Below are positions 18,362 to 28,706 of a DNA stretch of 40,643 nt, in pieces. Source of the DNA: Candidatus Nomurabacteria bacterium RIFCSPLOWO2_01_FULL_41_18 (GTDB taxonomy: Bacteria > Patescibacteriota > Minisyncoccia > Phycocordibacterales > UBA9973); the NCBI GenBank assembly GCA_001785865.1, contig MFUZ01000006.1, positions 1-40,643 on the forward strand. The letters run 5' to 3'. Every line of letters begins with the position of its first letter. Position 1 is the stretch's first letter. A program made the translations under genes and the position numbers. Under the pieces are notes generated by a model. That model had not been told where the DNA came from. It saw nothing but the letters and a program-made list of their open reading frames with translations, and did not search any database.

Positions 18362-20875
18362 ATGAAAAAAAATACAGACCCAAAAAACGAACCTGATAAT
18401 AATATCGATAAGATTTTGCCAGTTGATGTCGTCTCGGAAATGAAGGAATCCTATTTGGCGTATGCCATGTCGGTCATTACTTCCCGAGCCCTGCCGGATG
18501 TGAGAGACGGGCTCAAGCCGGTGCATCGCAGAATATTATTTGCTATGCATGAAATGGGGCTCACTTCGACCGCGCGCTTTCGAAAGTCCGCTACGGTAGT
18601 CGGAGATGTGCTCGGAAAATATCATCCGCACGGAGATGTGGCAGTCTATGAATCTATGGTGGGTATGGTGCAGGACTTTTCTTATCGCTATCCGCTTGTG
18701 TTAGGCCAAGGAAATTTCGGTTCGATCGACGGAGACAATGCGGCTGCGCATCGTTATACTGAGGCCAAGATGTCCCGAATTTCGAGCGAGCTTTTACGAG
18801 ACCTTGAAAAAGAAACTGTGGATTTTCGTCCGAACTACGATCAGACGCGCAAGGAGCCCGTCGTGTTGCCTTCTTCTGTCCCAGCGCTTCTTTTGAACGG
18901 TACTCTCGGTATAGCCGTCGGTATGGCCACCAACATACCTTCGCACAATCTGGCGGAGGTGCTCGATGCCACGACCCATCTGATCGAAAACGAAGATGCG
19001 ACGACCGAAGACCTAATGCAACATATTAAAGGGCCGGATTTTCCTACCGGAGGCATCGCTTACGGCTACAAAGATATGCTACATGCATATTCGAGCGGGC
19101 GTGGCGGAGTAGTTTGCCGAGGCGAGGCAGAGATAGTCGAACAAAAACCTGCCCGACCGGACGGTCGTTCGGGCGGGGATGGGAATTTTTCTATCATCAT
19201 TACCTCCATTCCTTTTCGGGTGAACAAATCGAATCTGATCGTGGCTATTGCCGAACTGGTGCAAGAAAAAAAGTTGGAAGGTATCAAGGGCTTGCGCGAT
19301 GAATCCGCAAAAGATATCCGGATCGTGATCGATCTCAAGTCGAGCGCTCATCCGGAAAAAGTGCTCAATTATATTTATAAGAACACCCAGCTCGAATCCA
19401 ATTTCAATTTCAACATAGTCGCGCTGGTGGACGGAGTGCCTCAGACGCTCTCGCTCAAATCTATTCTGGAGCAATTCATCCTGCACCGAAAGGACGTAGT
19501 CAAGAGAAGGAGTGCATATGACCTCCGCAAGGCCGAAGAGAGGGAGCACATACTGCTCGGCTTGAAGAAAGCCCTCGACAAGATCGACCGGGTGATCTCG
19601 ATCATCCGCGGGTCTAAGAATTCCCAGATCGCGAAAGTAAATTTGATGAAAGAATTCAAGTTTTCCGACCTGCAGGCGACGGCGATTCTCGAGATGAAGC
19701 TGTCGAAACTGGCGGGGCTCGAGAGGCAGGCGGTAGAGGACGAGCTTAAAGAAAAACAGAAATTCATTGCAGAAATGAAAGATCTTTTGGCTAGCCCGAA
19801 GAAGATACTGAAGATCATTGCGGGAGAATTGGCGGAGATCCGGACCAAATACGCGGATGAGCGCCGAACAAAAATAGTAAAAGGCGGAGTCAAGGAAATT
19901 TCGGATGAAGATTTGGTTCCAGAAAAAGAGACGATGCTAGTGCTCACCGCCGGCGGATATGTCAAATGCACCGATCCTTCCGAATACCGTGCTCAGAAGC
20001 GGGGCGGTGTGGGAGTGATAGACCTCGAGACCAAGGAGGAAGATTTCGTGACTATGCTTGTTTCCGGTTCGACGCACAGCAATTTACTCTTCTTCACAAA
20101 TTTGGGGAAGGTCTATCAAATGAAAATGTACGAAATTCCAGAGGGTCGTAGGGCGACAAAAGGTAAGTCCATTATGAATTTCTTGTCTTTGTCAGGAGAA
20201 GAAAAGGTAAATTCTATTTTAGCAATGCCTGCCCGCAATGTTTCTAGCATAGCTAATGCAGGCGGGCCTAAAGAATCGCTCATGCTGGTCACCAAGAATG
20301 GCACAGCGAAAAAAATGTCCTCCGAAAGCTTCAAAGACGTGCGCCGAAGCGGGATTATCGCTATCCGCCTCGATAAAGACGACCAGCTAATTTCCGCGCT
20401 CATTACTGAAAAAGGCGATGAGGTGATGATCGCGACAGGCGACGGACAGTCCATTCGATTCAAAGAGTCTGATGTCCGGGAAATGGGCAGGACCGCAGGC
20501 GGAGTGAGTGGTATAAAATTAGGAAAAGGAGACCTAGTCATCGGAGTCGACGTGGTTAAAAAAGACCAAAAGGCAGGTGCATTTCTTACCATGAGCGCAA
20601 ACGGCTTTGGTAAGAAGACGGACCTCAAAGAATACAAAGTACAAAGGCGAGGAGGTTCCGGAATAAAAACTGCGAAGATAACTTCGAAGACAGGTAAACT
20701 CATTGTGGCCAAGGTGCTCACTGATGGCGAAGAAGAACTAATCGCCATGTCAAAGAAGGGCCAAGTCATCCGAACTTCCCTCAAGGATATTTCCTCTCTC
20801 GGCAGGCAGACCCAGGGCGTGACCGTCATGAGGCTTCGAGCCGGCGATGGCATAGCGTCTCTAGCCTGCATATAA
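18362..20875 (+). CDS. gyrA: DNA gyrase subunit A
   Basis: [25 protein letters not shown], GyrA box QKRGGVG, beta-pinwheel repeats. Confidence 0.98.
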   Translation: MKKNTDPKNEPDNNIDKILPVDVVSEMKESYLAYAMSVITSRALPDVRDGLKPVHRRILFAMHEMGLTSTARFRKSATVVGDVLGKYHPHGDVAVYESMVGMVQDFSYRYPLVLGQGNFGSIDGDNAAAHRYTEAKMSRISSELLRDLEKETVDFRPNYDQTRKEPVVLPSSVPALLLNGTLGIAVGMATNIPSHNLAEVLDATTHLIENEDATTEDLMQHIKGPDFPTGGIAYGYKDMLHAYSSGRGGVVCRGEAEIVEQKPARPDGRSGGDGNFSIIITSIPFRVNKSNLIVAIAELVQEKKLEGIKGLRDESAKDIRIVIDLKSSAHPEKVLNYIYKNTQLESNFNFNIVALVDGVPQTLSLKSILEQFILHRKDVVKRRSAYDLRKAEEREHILLGLKKALDKIDRVISIIRGSKNSQIAKVNLMKEFKFSDLQATAILEMKLSKLAGLERQAVEDELKEKQKFIAEMKDLLASPKKILKIIAGELAEIRTKYADERRTKIVKGGVKEISDEDLVPEKETMLVLTAGGYVKCTDPSEYRAQKRGGVGVIDLETKEEDFVTMLVSGSTHSNLLFFTNLGKVYQMKMYEIPEGRRATKGKSIMNFLSLSGEEKVNSILAMPARNVSSIANAGGPKESLMLVTKNGTAKKMSSESFKDVRRSGIIAIRLDKDDQLISALITEKGDEVMIATGDGQSIRFKESDVREMGRTAGGVSGIKLGKGDLVIGVDVVKKDQKAGAFLTMSANGFGKKTDLKEYKVQRRGGSGIKTAKITSKTGKLIVAKVLTDGEEELIAMSKKGQVIRTSLKDISSLGRQTQGVTVMRLRAGDGIASLACI
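19148..19177 (+). repeat. 30-nt palindromic in-frame insertion in gyrA ([10 protein letters not shown])
   Basis: CCTGCCCGACCGGACGGTCGTTCGGGCGGG. Confidence 0.75.
20228..20266 (+). repeat. 39-nt palindromic element, in frame in gyrA ([13 protein letters not shown])
   Basis: Copy of the 8809-8847 element. Confidence 0.9.
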
Positions 20876-20962
20876 CCACTTCGCCTTCGGCACTCCTCCT
20901 TAATTAAGGCGGAGAGGATACTAGATTTCTCCCCTCCTTGTAGAGGAGGGGCAAGGGGTGGT
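20875..20962. repeat. REP/REPIN-like paired-hairpin element
   Basis: ACCAC..CTCCTCCTTAATTAAGGCGGAG..CCCCTCCTTGTAGAGGAGGGG..GTGGT. Confidence 0.6.
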
Positions 20963-20982
20963 GATTATGTTATAATATATCT

Positions 20983-21498
20983 ATGTTTACCGACCCGGAA
21001 AAAAATTTAAAGTTTTTTGGCCTCCGCGAGGACAGCATTGTTGCCGACCTCGGGGCGGGAACCGGATTCTATTCCGTGGCTGCCGGGCATATCGCTGCTA
21101 GGGGCAAGGTCTATGCCGTCGAAATATCAAAAGATTTTCTCGCCACGATCAAACACAAAGTGGAGGAAGCGCACCTGTCGAATGTGGAAATCATCTGGGG
21201 GAATGTCGAAAAGCGGGGCGGAACGAAGATAGGAGACGGGATCGTGGATTCGGTCATAGCTTCTAATGTGTTATTTCAGATAGAGGATAAGGAAATGTTT
21301 ATAGAGGAAGTGAGGAGGATCTTGAAGCCAAATGGCCGAGTGCTTCTAATCGACTGGTCGGAGGCGTCCATCCTTGGCGCGAAAACTATTTTCCCAAAGA
21401 ATAAAGCCCGAGCCATGTTTGAGAAAAAAGGGTTTATTTTCGATAGAGAGTTGAATACAGGTGAGCACCATTATGGTATGATATTAATAAAGAAATGA
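20983..21498 (+). CDS. Class I SAM-dependent methyltransferase
   Basis: VADLGAGTG, VYAVE, RILKPNG. Confidence 0.9.
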   Translation: MFTDPEKNLKFFGLREDSIVADLGAGTGFYSVAAGHIAARGKVYAVEISKDFLATIKHKVEEAHLSNVEIIWGNVEKRGGTKIGDGIVDSVIASNVLFQIEDKEMFIEEVRRILKPNGRVLLIDWSEASILGAKTIFPKNKARAMFEKKGFIFDRELNTGEHHYGMILIKK

Positions 21499-21542
21499 CC
21501 CGTTCGACAGACTCAGGGTCATGGTGAATAATAAATTAAACC

Positions 21543-22838
21543 ATGAAAGGAAATTTTCAGCTTATAATTATAATCATTTTCATTGCTTTGGCGGTTTTTG
21601 GAGTCTTGGTTTTTTCCGGAGCGATACCCCTCGGTAAAAAGACCGAACCTGGAAGCCTGGGCACTGTCGTCTTATGGGGCACAGAGAGCGGAGCCACTAT
21701 GGCGCCCCTAGTGGAAGGATTCAACACAGCCAATCCTGCTTTTATTGTGCAATATGTACCGAAATCTCCGGAGAATTTCGATAAGGATCTGCTCGAAGCA
21801 CTGGCCGTGGGTCGAGGCCCGGATATAGTTTTTCTGCCCGACAATCTGGCATTCCATTATGCCAATAAGATAGTCACCATACCGTATGAGAGCTATTCGC
21901 GGACGGCGTTCAAGAATAATTACGCCGGTGCAGGGGAAGTGTTTATGATTTCGGGAGGAATTTTAGCTTTCCCGCTCACTATCGATCCGCTCATGATGTA
22001 TTACAATCGTAGCCATATGGATGCGAGCGGTGTCATCTACCCTCCGGTTTTTTGGGACGAAATGCCTACTTTTGTTCCACTACTGACTAAAAAGAACGAT
22101 TCGAACAAAATAATAAAGAGTGCAGTTGCTTTGGGTCATTTTTCAAACATTGCCAATGCTAAAGATATTTTGTCGGCTCTTTTCATGCAGGGAGGCAATA
22201 GTATTGTGACCGAGAAAGATGGAGTCTTCAGTTCTAGTCTCGGAGCTTTCTCGACTAATCCGACATATGACCTGCCGGCGATCTTGAAATTCTACACGAA
22301 TTTCGCTGATCCCAATCAAGAGGTATATTCTTGGAATAGATCTTTCCCAAATTCACGAGATGCTTTTTCGAGAGAAGACCTGACTTTGTATTTCGGATTT
22401 GCGAGCGAGCTGGTGCCTTTGGTGAATAAAAATCCGAATCAAAATTTCTCGGTCGCGTCTATTCCACAGATCAAAAATTCCGGCTTTAAATCAACTGGCG
22501 CGCGAGTTACAGGAATAGCCATCTTATCATCTACCAAAAACTTCAACACGGCTTTTACGGCGGCTAGCCTCATGGCTACCGGGAATTTTGCTTATCAGTA
22601 TGCGCTCACGACCGGGGTGGCTCCGGCAAGGCGGGACCTCCTATCTATCAAGCCGACTGACGCCTACTCTCCGATCTTCTACGACTCTGCTCTCTACGCG
22701 AGGTCTTGGCTCGACCCATCGGAAGCAGATACCAACAATATTTTCCGCAACATGATCGACGGAGTGCTCTCAAACAGCATGACTCCCGAAAATGCAATAT
22801 CCGACGCCAATTCCAAACTCAACTTATTATTGAGGTAG
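21543..22838 (+). CDS. Membrane-anchored extracellular solute-binding protein (family 1, sugar-type)
   Basis: N-terminal TM, VLWG, GRGPDI, PLTIDPLMMYYN. Confidence 0.8.
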   Translation: MKGNFQLIIIIIFIALAVFGVLVFSGAIPLGKKTEPGSLGTVVLWGTESGATMAPLVEGFNTANPAFIVQYVPKSPENFDKDLLEALAVGRGPDIVFLPDNLAFHYANKIVTIPYESYSRTAFKNNYAGAGEVFMISGGILAFPLTIDPLMMYYNRSHMDASGVIYPPVFWDEMPTFVPLLTKKNDSNKIIKSAVALGHFSNIANAKDILSALFMQGGNSIVTEKDGVFSSSLGAFSTNPTYDLPAILKFYTNFADPNQEVYSWNRSFPNSRDAFSREDLTLYFGFASELVPLVNKNPNQNFSVASIPQIKNSGFKSTGARVTGIAILSSTKNFNTAFTAASLMATGNFAYQYALTTGVAPARRDLLSIKPTDAYSPIFYDSALYARSWLDPSEADTNNIFRNMIDGVLSNSMTPENAISDANSKLNLLLR

Positions 22839-22864
22839 TTGATAATTATAAAGTTCGTAAAGCG

Positions 22865-23350
22865 ATGCAAAAAATTAAAAAATTAATAATTCCTAATCTC
22901 ATATTCGTAATTGTTTTCATGATGCTTGTGGCGCCCGTTTTTTCTTTTGCGCAGACAGCAATAGATACCGATAAACCTGACCGAAGCTTTGCAGAGGGGA
23001 AAAGTCTAGTGCCTTGTGGTAATGACAGAACTCCGATTGTTAAAGATGCCAATGGTAAAGAAACGGGAGGAGATATAGTCAATCCTTGCAGTTTCAAGGA
23101 TGCGATGACTCTCATCAACACCGTTATCAGATTTATTTTCATTTATTTGGCCGTACCTATTGCCGCGATCATGTTTTTCTATGCCGGCTTTAAAATGGTG
23201 ACCTCCGGGGGCAGTACGGAAGCGAGAGGGACAGCCAAGAAAGTTTTCACCAATGCCGTCCTTGGGCTAGTAATTGCGGCCGGGGCATGGCTGATTATTA
23301 GGACATTATTATCAATTCTGGGCTATAAGGACATTGGAACATTTTTCTAA
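22865..23350 (+). CDS. VirB2/TrbC-like (CPR T4SS-type) pilin
   Basis: Signal peptide, Cys pair, TM-YAGFKMVTSGG..AKK..NAVLGLVI-TM. Confidence 0.75.
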   Translation: MQKIKKLIIPNLIFVIVFMMLVAPVFSFAQTAIDTDKPDRSFAEGKSLVPCGNDRTPIVKDANGKETGGDIVNPCSFKDAMTLINTVIRFIFIYLAVPIAAIMFFYAGFKMVTSGGSTEARGTAKKVFTNAVLGLVIAAGAWLIIRTLLSILGYKDIGTFF

Positions 23351-23369
23351 TCTGTTATACAATTACTCT

Positions 23370-23744
23370 ATGCAATTTATAAAGAAGAATTTATATAAAA
23401 TTATTTTAGTGGCTTTTTTGGTTATAGTTCCAGTTCTTTCTTTTGCTCAACAAAATCTTGATCCTAAATGCGACCCCACCAGCGGTAAAATTTGTAATCC
23501 GATAAATGCAAAAAGCATCCCAGAATTTGTAGGTACTCTACTGGAGGGCGCGCTCAAGATAGGCATACCAGTCATCGCTCTTGCTATCATTTATTCTGGT
23601 TTTCTTTTTGTCGCTGCTAGGGGAAATTCGGAAAAGTTAAGCAAAGCCAAAAGCGCCCTCTTGTATACTCTTATCGGCGCGGCGATACTTTTGGGGTCGT
23701 GGGCTATCGCGAAGCTCATATCCGAAACCGTGGGTGCATTATAA
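23370..23744 (+). CDS. VirB2/TrbC-like pilin
   Basis: ICNPI, IIYSGFLFVAARGNSEKLSKAK..LYTLIGAAILLG. Confidence 0.75.
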   Translation: MQFIKKNLYKIILVAFLVIVPVLSFAQQNLDPKCDPTSGKICNPINAKSIPEFVGTLLEGALKIGIPVIALAIIYSGFLFVAARGNSEKLSKAKSALLYTLIGAAILLGSWAIAKLISETVGAL

Positions 23745-23781
23745 TTAACACAGGCCTTAGGCTCTAGGTGTATTAGCAAAT

Positions 23782-24555
23782 ATGAAAAAAATAAAAAAAT
23801 ACATATCTTATATCCTGATACTAATTGCCTTGGTTGGAGTTTTTAGTCCGATAGTTAGTGTAAATGCGCAATACGACGACTCTCCCGACTCAACAGGGGA
23901 TAGCTGGACTCCAGGGGCGGATGATGAAACCACCAATACTAATGCATGTGCATCTTTGGATGGTATAGGAGCAATAATCTGCAAGATTCACCAAATTTTA
24001 AATACTATCGTGCCAGTCTTGGTAGCTCTCGGGGTAGTTTGGTTCGTCTGGGGAGTCGTCACTTATATGATTGGGGGTGATGAAGAGTCTAAAAAGAAAG
24101 GAAAGAGCAGAATAGTTTACGGTATTATTGGCCTCGCTGTGATCGTGGGTTTGTGGGGTCTGGTCAATATAGTTGTAGAGACTTTTGATTTGAGTGGAGG
24201 TTATAAAAGTACTTCTGTACTAGTATCTCAACCTAAAGAATCTACTAAAGTCTTCATATGCGAGCTCGGTGATGACGGTGTAAAGATCCAGCATGTATTG
24301 CTCTACGGCGTGTGCATAATAAATAGTGCTGTCGTGCCTCTTATTTTTGCTTTAGCTGTCGCTATGTTTATCTGGGGTGTCGTGCAATATGTCATAAACA
24401 GTGATCAGGAAGCGAAAAAGGACAAAGGCAGACAGTTCATGATCTGGGGGATCATTGCCCTCGCGGTGATGATTTCGGTCTGGGGACTGGTCCGGATCCT
24501 CGGGAATTCGTTCGGTATTGATTACGCTGTGCCACAGGTCAAGGTGAATCGGTAG
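23782..24555 (+). CDS. Tandem two-domain VirB2/TrbC-like pilin
   Basis: Two copies of P....F.WGVV.Y.I....K..G...I.GII.LAV...WGLV. Confidence 0.75.
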   Translation: MKKIKKYISYILILIALVGVFSPIVSVNAQYDDSPDSTGDSWTPGADDETTNTNACASLDGIGAIICKIHQILNTIVPVLVALGVVWFVWGVVTYMIGGDEESKKKGKSRIVYGIIGLAVIVGLWGLVNIVVETFDLSGGYKSTSVLVSQPKESTKVFICELGDDGVKIQHVLLYGVCIINSAVVPLIFALAVAMFIWGVVQYVINSDQEAKKDKGRQFMIWGIIALAVMISVWGLVRILGNSFGIDYAVPQVKVNR

Positions 24556-24672
24556 CTTATCCTGGTAGTGAGGCTTGCCAAGCTCTACTACCGGGTAGTA
24601 TAATAGGGCAAGTATATTATTATTAAGTTTCCGCCAAAGGCGGATCAGCCTCAGGCTGAAATTATAAAAATT

Positions 24673-25074
24673 ATGAAAAAGAAATTAGTTGCATTGTCAG
24701 GTGTTCTATTTGGTTTGACTCCGGTTCTGGCGTTAGCGCAGGGGCTTTCGACCACCGGGGCTACTTCCGGAGGCTGTGTGCTAGGCCAAGGCAGTACGAT
24801 CATGGGGCTATTGTGTCGAATCGGGCAGATTTTGAATGCTATCGTGCCAGTCTTGATAGCTCTCGGAGTAGTTTACTTCGTTTGGGGAGTCATTAGTTAT
24901 ATGATCGGAGGCGACGAAGAGGCCAAGAAGAAAGGAAGAGATAAGATAATCTACGGCATCATCGGACTCGCTGTCATTGTCGCTGTCTGGGGACTTGTCG
25001 GCATCCTGACGAAAACGTTTGAGGTTGATAACAACTCTAGAATCACGCTTCCGACTGTTCCTGTAGTTCAATAA
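24673..25074 (+). CDS. VirB2/TrbC-like pilin
   Basis: Signal peptide ending ALA-Q, Cys pair, FVWGVISYMIGGDEEAKKKG..YGIIGLAV. Confidence 0.75.
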   Translation: MKKKLVALSGVLFGLTPVLALAQGLSTTGATSGGCVLGQGSTIMGLLCRIGQILNAIVPVLIALGVVYFVWGVISYMIGGDEEAKKKGRDKIIYGIIGLAVIVAVWGLVGILTKTFEVDNNSRITLPTVPVVQ

Positions 25075-25087
25075 TTTAGATAATTTA

Positions 25088-25444
25088 ATGATGGATTTAC
25101 TCTTTACCACCAAGGTAGCTTACGCGAGCGTAGACTCTTTCATTTCCAATGTGAGCAAGGAAATCATCAACCCTCTCATCCTGCTCTTATTTGCTCTAGC
25201 TCTCGCAATTTTTCTGTATGGCGTCTTGGAATTTATTCTAAATGCGGCCAATGACGAAAAAAAGACGATAGGTAAGAGTCACATGGTTTGGGGGATTATC
25301 GGGATAACTATCATGATGGGGGTCTGGACAATTCTCAGCATCGTACTAAATACCCTTGATATAAAAAAAGGAGAGATAGATCCGGAAGAGGGGAAAGTGA
25401 AATTATCTCCTTACACCCCGACTTATCCACCATTCAACAGATAA
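25088..25444 (+). CDS. VirB2/TrbC-like pilin
   Basis: IINPLI..FLYGVLEFI..GKSHMVWGIIGITIM. Confidence 0.7.
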   Translation: MMDLLFTTKVAYASVDSFISNVSKEIINPLILLLFALALAIFLYGVLEFILNAANDEKKTIGKSHMVWGIIGITIMMGVWTILSIVLNTLDIKKGEIDPEEGKVKLSPYTPTYPPFNR

Positions 25445-25454
25445 TAAAAACAAA

Positions 25455-25487
25455 AACAGCCGGGTTCCTTGCGGGACCCGGCTGTTT
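25455..25487. terminator. Bidirectional terminator between convergent units
   Basis: AAACAGCCGGGTTCC-ttgc-GGGACCCGGCTGTTT. Confidence 0.75.
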
Positions 25488-25539
25488 AGTTTTCTGATGT
25501 GTGCGTGGCGAACGCACGATTATCGCCATTTCCTTTCTT

Positions 25540-26061
25540 TTATTGCCACCAGCGGAAGTACACCTTTTCCTCCCCAAGTGGGTAGACGGTATACCTGCCC
25601 GGTGGCATGTTTTCCCATTCCTTCTGTTTTTCGTCCCTGCTTTTTTGATCAGGGCCGGAGTTGTTGTCGAAGTAGATACTTGTGTCTTCGACAAACACAT
25701 ACCTCGTTTGCTTTTTTGCCCGCAGGGAGGTTTTTTCAGGATCAAGGTACGCTTTGAGCCCGGCCTTTGTCGCGATGCCTGCGCCGGAAGTGGGATATTC
25801 CACCACGATCGGAGCCGGCGGATGAGCCCTGGCGTATTCTGCCACAGCTTGCGCTGCAGCCTCTTTCGCCTTGACTTTTTCACGCTTCTCCTTGACCCAA
25901 AGCACCACAAACAGTATTACGAGTGTGATACCAATCAATCGCAGAGCGCCTTTGATCCATCTGAGGGACTTTTGGCTCTCACTGACGATTGCTGGGTCCT
26001 TGGCACGGCTAACGTGTTCCTTGCCATGGCCCACATCCGTATGGCTTAGTTGTGTGCTCAT
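25540..26061 (-). CDS. Orphan single-TM membrane protein
   Basis: GGAGGT SD 5 nt before the ATG; ATGA overlap with the upstream SPFH gene; one TM helix. Confidence 0.75.
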   Translation of the reverse strand: MSTQLSHTDVGHGKEHVSRAKDPAIVSESQKSLRWIKGALRLIGITLVILFVVLWVKEKREKVKAKEAAAQAVAEYARAHPPAPIVVEYPTSGAGIATKAGLKAYLDPEKTSLRAKKQTRYVFVEDTSIYFDNNSGPDQKSRDEKQKEWENMPPGRYTVYPLGEEKVYFRWWQ

Positions 26062-26948
26062 GATTTACCTCCACGGAATGCTTTGACAATGCTGGCAATG
26101 GCTGGTCCAAGGCCTTCAATTTCAAAGATGGTTTTTTTGGTTTGCTGATGGATGATCATTGACGCATTGAGTGCATCCTTGTCATCAATGTTTGGATGAG
26201 CAGTTTTGATTTCCTTAGCTGTCTGCTGTATCCGCCTAGAAACTTCCTGGCTGGATCGTGCCTGTTGGACGCTGGTATCGAAGTCAACGTCGGCGAGGGC
26301 TACTCTGTCAACCCTTATTCCATAGAGTACAAGAGGAGTTGGTGAAGATTCCTTAAACTTCCTCAAGAGCGCTTCCTCGATTTCCCCTTGTTTAACTTTG
26401 CAATTATCTCCGGTCTCTTTTGCAATCTCTGCCGAGAGTACGCTGCTTCCTGTACCCCTCAAACCCGTCTTGATGGTGTTGTCATCGGCCGAGATGTAGC
26501 ACGGGAGACCCTCCAGAGTAGGGGTGTACTGGAATATCCATTCTACTTGCATCAATGAATCCTTCGACGGGTAAGTTTCCGTGATTGTTTCCGTTATCTG
26601 CCGAAGGTTGATGTAGTTGCCCTGTTTGACCTGTTCCCAAGGATACCGAAAGTAAAGTCCGGTGCCGTAGGGAACGAGTGCCTCCATTCCATTTTTTAGT
26701 ACGTTGATGGCGAGGAGTCCTGTGATTTCAGGCACTGAAACCATGAAGGGCTGGATGACTGCGGAGAGGGCAAAGAGCCCTATTGAGAGACCGAGGAGCC
26801 ATGAGTGCGTGATGAAGACCCCTAGTCCGGTAAAGAAGATCAGAGTTGCGGACCAACAAAGTAGCGCAAACCCTACTCTTCCCATTTTGTCATCTATCAC
26901 GGGCTCCATACACTGCCCGAGTTTCCTGCACATTTCTTTTGGATGCAT
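26058..26948 (-). CDS. SPFH/Band-7 (prohibitin-like) membrane protein
   Basis: Two N-terminal TMs, VSVPE..GTGLYFRYPWEQV, YGIRVDRVALADVDF..VQQA coiled segment. Confidence 0.7.
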   Translation of the reverse strand: MHPKEMCRKLGQCMEPVIDDKMGRVGFALLCWSATLIFFTGLGVFITHSWLLGLSIGLFALSAVIQPFMVSVPEITGLLAINVLKNGMEALVPYGTGLYFRYPWEQVKQGNYINLRQITETITETYPSKDSLMQVEWIFQYTPTLEGLPCYISADDNTIKTGLRGTGSSVLSAEIAKETGDNCKVKQGEIEEALLRKFKESSPTPLVLYGIRVDRVALADVDFDTSVQQARSSQEVSRRIQQTAKEIKTAHPNIDDKDALNASMIIHQQTKKTIFEIEGLGPAIASIVKAFRGGKS

Positions 26949-27009
26949 TTTTCCTTTCCATTGCGCTTTGGCGCAATTGTTCGATTGTTTTTGTGTTAAA
27001 TTAGTTTAG

Positions 27010-27148
27010 TTCGCCCATCAAAAAGCCAAAATATTCAGCTACTTGGTGGGCGAACCATGCCTATCTAACCCTGTTGTCAAAGGACAGCTTGCCCCGCCTA
27101 AGACGGGGTTTACATCTATACTATATCACAAAATACAGTAAAAGTCAA
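27010..27148 (-). promoter_or_regulatory. Leader element B: promoter, boxA-like motif and 21-bp hairpin
   Basis: TTGACT (27148-27143), 17 nt, TATAGT; CTGTCCTTTGACAA; hairpin 27010-27054; interrupted by a CCCCG..CGGGGCAAG palindrome (27088-27113). Confidence 0.7.
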
Positions 27149-27200
27149 TACAAAAAGTCCCTCACCTAAAATTAAGGTGAAGGACTTTTTGCTTTAGTTT

Positions 27201-27911
27201 TTAATCGTGTTTGAGAGGAACAGCGTGATATTTTCTATCTGCGCCGTAGATCCTGCGCACAAGGATGACAATAAGGAGAACTAGGATGGCTACGAATATC
27301 CACTGGATAATGCCGGAAGGCAAGACACCGTTTGCGCCAAAGATGGCTCCCGAAACGAGGTCGCTATATTCTCCTCTGACTTCACCTGTCTCTAGGTCGG
27401 TGAAATTTGTGCTGGTATCCGTCTCGGGATTCGCCGTTGCACCTGCGCCCGAAGGGGCAGGGCCAGCAATAGTGAAGAATTTAGCATTTGAATATCCTCC
27501 GCCCGGAGCACCATTAAATACTGTTATGAAGAATCCGCCATTACTATGGAACTTGAACGTGTCGCTACCGGTGATCTGCATCAAGAGGTGAGAGCGGTCT
27601 ACGAAAGTAGTCGGCCTGTTTGATCCATTTATTCTAGCTACAGAACTCGGGACAAACTTTTCTCCAATGATGGTGATAGTCTTCGTACCTGTGCCGACAC
27701 TGCTTCTCTCGGGAGTGATCGAGTCAATTTCTGGTTTTGGATTATCTTCTCTCACAGTAGCAGGCCTGGTGTAAGTATTGTAAATCGTATTACAACCACC
27801 CTCGCCGCAAGTCACAGCCGAGCTCGAAGCTGGCATTAACATGATTCCGAAAGCCAAAATTGCTAATATTTTAATGCTTAGAATTATTGATTTGTTGTTT
27901 ATTTTAAACAT
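27201..27911 (-). CDS. IPT/TIG (Ig-like) domain surface protein with C-terminal anchor
   Basis: Signal peptide, NPKPEIDSITP..ITIIGEKF..TTFVDRSHL..ITVFNGAPGGGYSN, C-terminal TM; TTGACA-17-TATACT-6-ATG. Confidence 0.75.
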   Translation of the reverse strand: MFKINNKSIILSIKILAILAFGIMLMPASSSAVTCGEGGCNTIYNTYTRPATVREDNPKPEIDSITPERSSVGTGTKTITIIGEKFVPSSVARINGSNRPTTFVDRSHLLMQITGSDTFKFHSNGGFFITVFNGAPGGGYSNAKFFTIAGPAPSGAGATANPETDTSTNFTDLETGEVRGEYSDLVSGAIFGANGVLPSGIIQWIFVAILVLLIVILVRRIYGADRKYHAVPLKHD

Positions 27912-28037
27912 ATATATAGTATAGCATATCTCATTATAAATGTCAAGTAAAAAGAAAAGGCGTCGGTGGAGGCCTTTTCCGGCTCACACAGACGCCTTTG
28001 ATTGTTATTACTTACTACTTCCACCGACGCTTTCCAG

Positions 28038-28487
28038 TTAGTTGCTGAAAACGGTGTTGACACCGCCTTCACCGGAACTGGTGACTACAGTGCCACGTGG
28101 GTGGTGGCCCATGTCGCCGCGGTTGTAGTTATGGGTGGGGTAGTAGGAGCCAGAAGGATATCCTCCGTACCCACCGCCGTAGCTGGTGGTTGGGACGTAC
28201 AAGGAAGGCCTTTTGGCTTCCTGGACGCTGGCTTTGGTTTGCCCTTTGAGCTCCGTCATGCGGAGCTCTTTCTGTGACGCTTCGGGGGTCTCGTCCAATT
28301 CGACCATCGTGATGTTGGTCGAGTTGGAGGTCACAACCGTGGTCCTTTTCACGGACCTTACCTGACCCACATCTTTCATTGGGTCAAGTGTTGTCGTCGC
28401 CGGGCCGACCCTTGGGGTTCCGCACCCGACCAACACTAACGCTGTCATGATTAAGCCCATGGCATAAGCTATTGTTGTTTTTTTCAT
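28038..28487 (-). CDS. Orphan putative lipoprotein
   Basis: MKK-hydrophobic-LVGC lipobox; AGGAG SD; Gly/Tyr-rich tail; terminator hairpin at about 27957-27999. Confidence 0.7.
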   Translation of the reverse strand: MKKTTIAYAMGLIMTALVLVGCGTPRVGPATTTLDPMKDVGQVRSVKRTTVVTSNSTNITMVELDETPEASQKELRMTELKGQTKASVQEAKRPSLYVPTTSYGGGYGGYPSGSYYPTHNYNRGDMGHHPRGTVVTSSGEGGVNTVFSN

Positions 28488-28517
28488 TTGTTCTCCTGGT
28501 TTCAGTGTTTATGTATG

Positions 28518-28645
28518 TTTTCCCGTAATAGCAACCCAGAAAGGCTAATTTCTAAGCTATTATTACGAGAAAACCCAGGAAAATATAGAAGGAACAGTCC
28601 ATTTATTACTCTACATAGTATATCATATTCTACCTAAAAAGTCAA
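28518..28645 (-). promoter_or_regulatory. Leader element C
   Basis: TTGACT-17-TATACT; CTGTTCCTTCTAT; hairpin CGTAATAATAGCTTAGAAA/TTTCTGGGTTGCTATTACG. Confidence 0.75.
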
Positions 28646-28706
28646 TAGCGCCGGGCAGCAAGCTGCACGGCGCTAAAGTGATTGATTTCGGCCCGGATTT
28701 CCAGGC

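Noticed and set aside
20116-20871. Long antisense ORFs over gyrA (and similar ones over rpsA, infB, clpB and secA)
   Set aside because: Shadow frames of well-supported genes with no recognisable motifs.
24000-25005. Similar pilin segments as a DGR template/variable pair
   Set aside because: Differences include many C/T and other non-adenine, mostly synonymous changes, as expected for ordinary paralogs.
25501-26049. Plus-strand 182-aa ORF (also 25434-25910 minus and 28870-29511 plus)
   Set aside because: They overlap minus-strand ORFs that are better supported by start context, leaders, terminators and TM segments.
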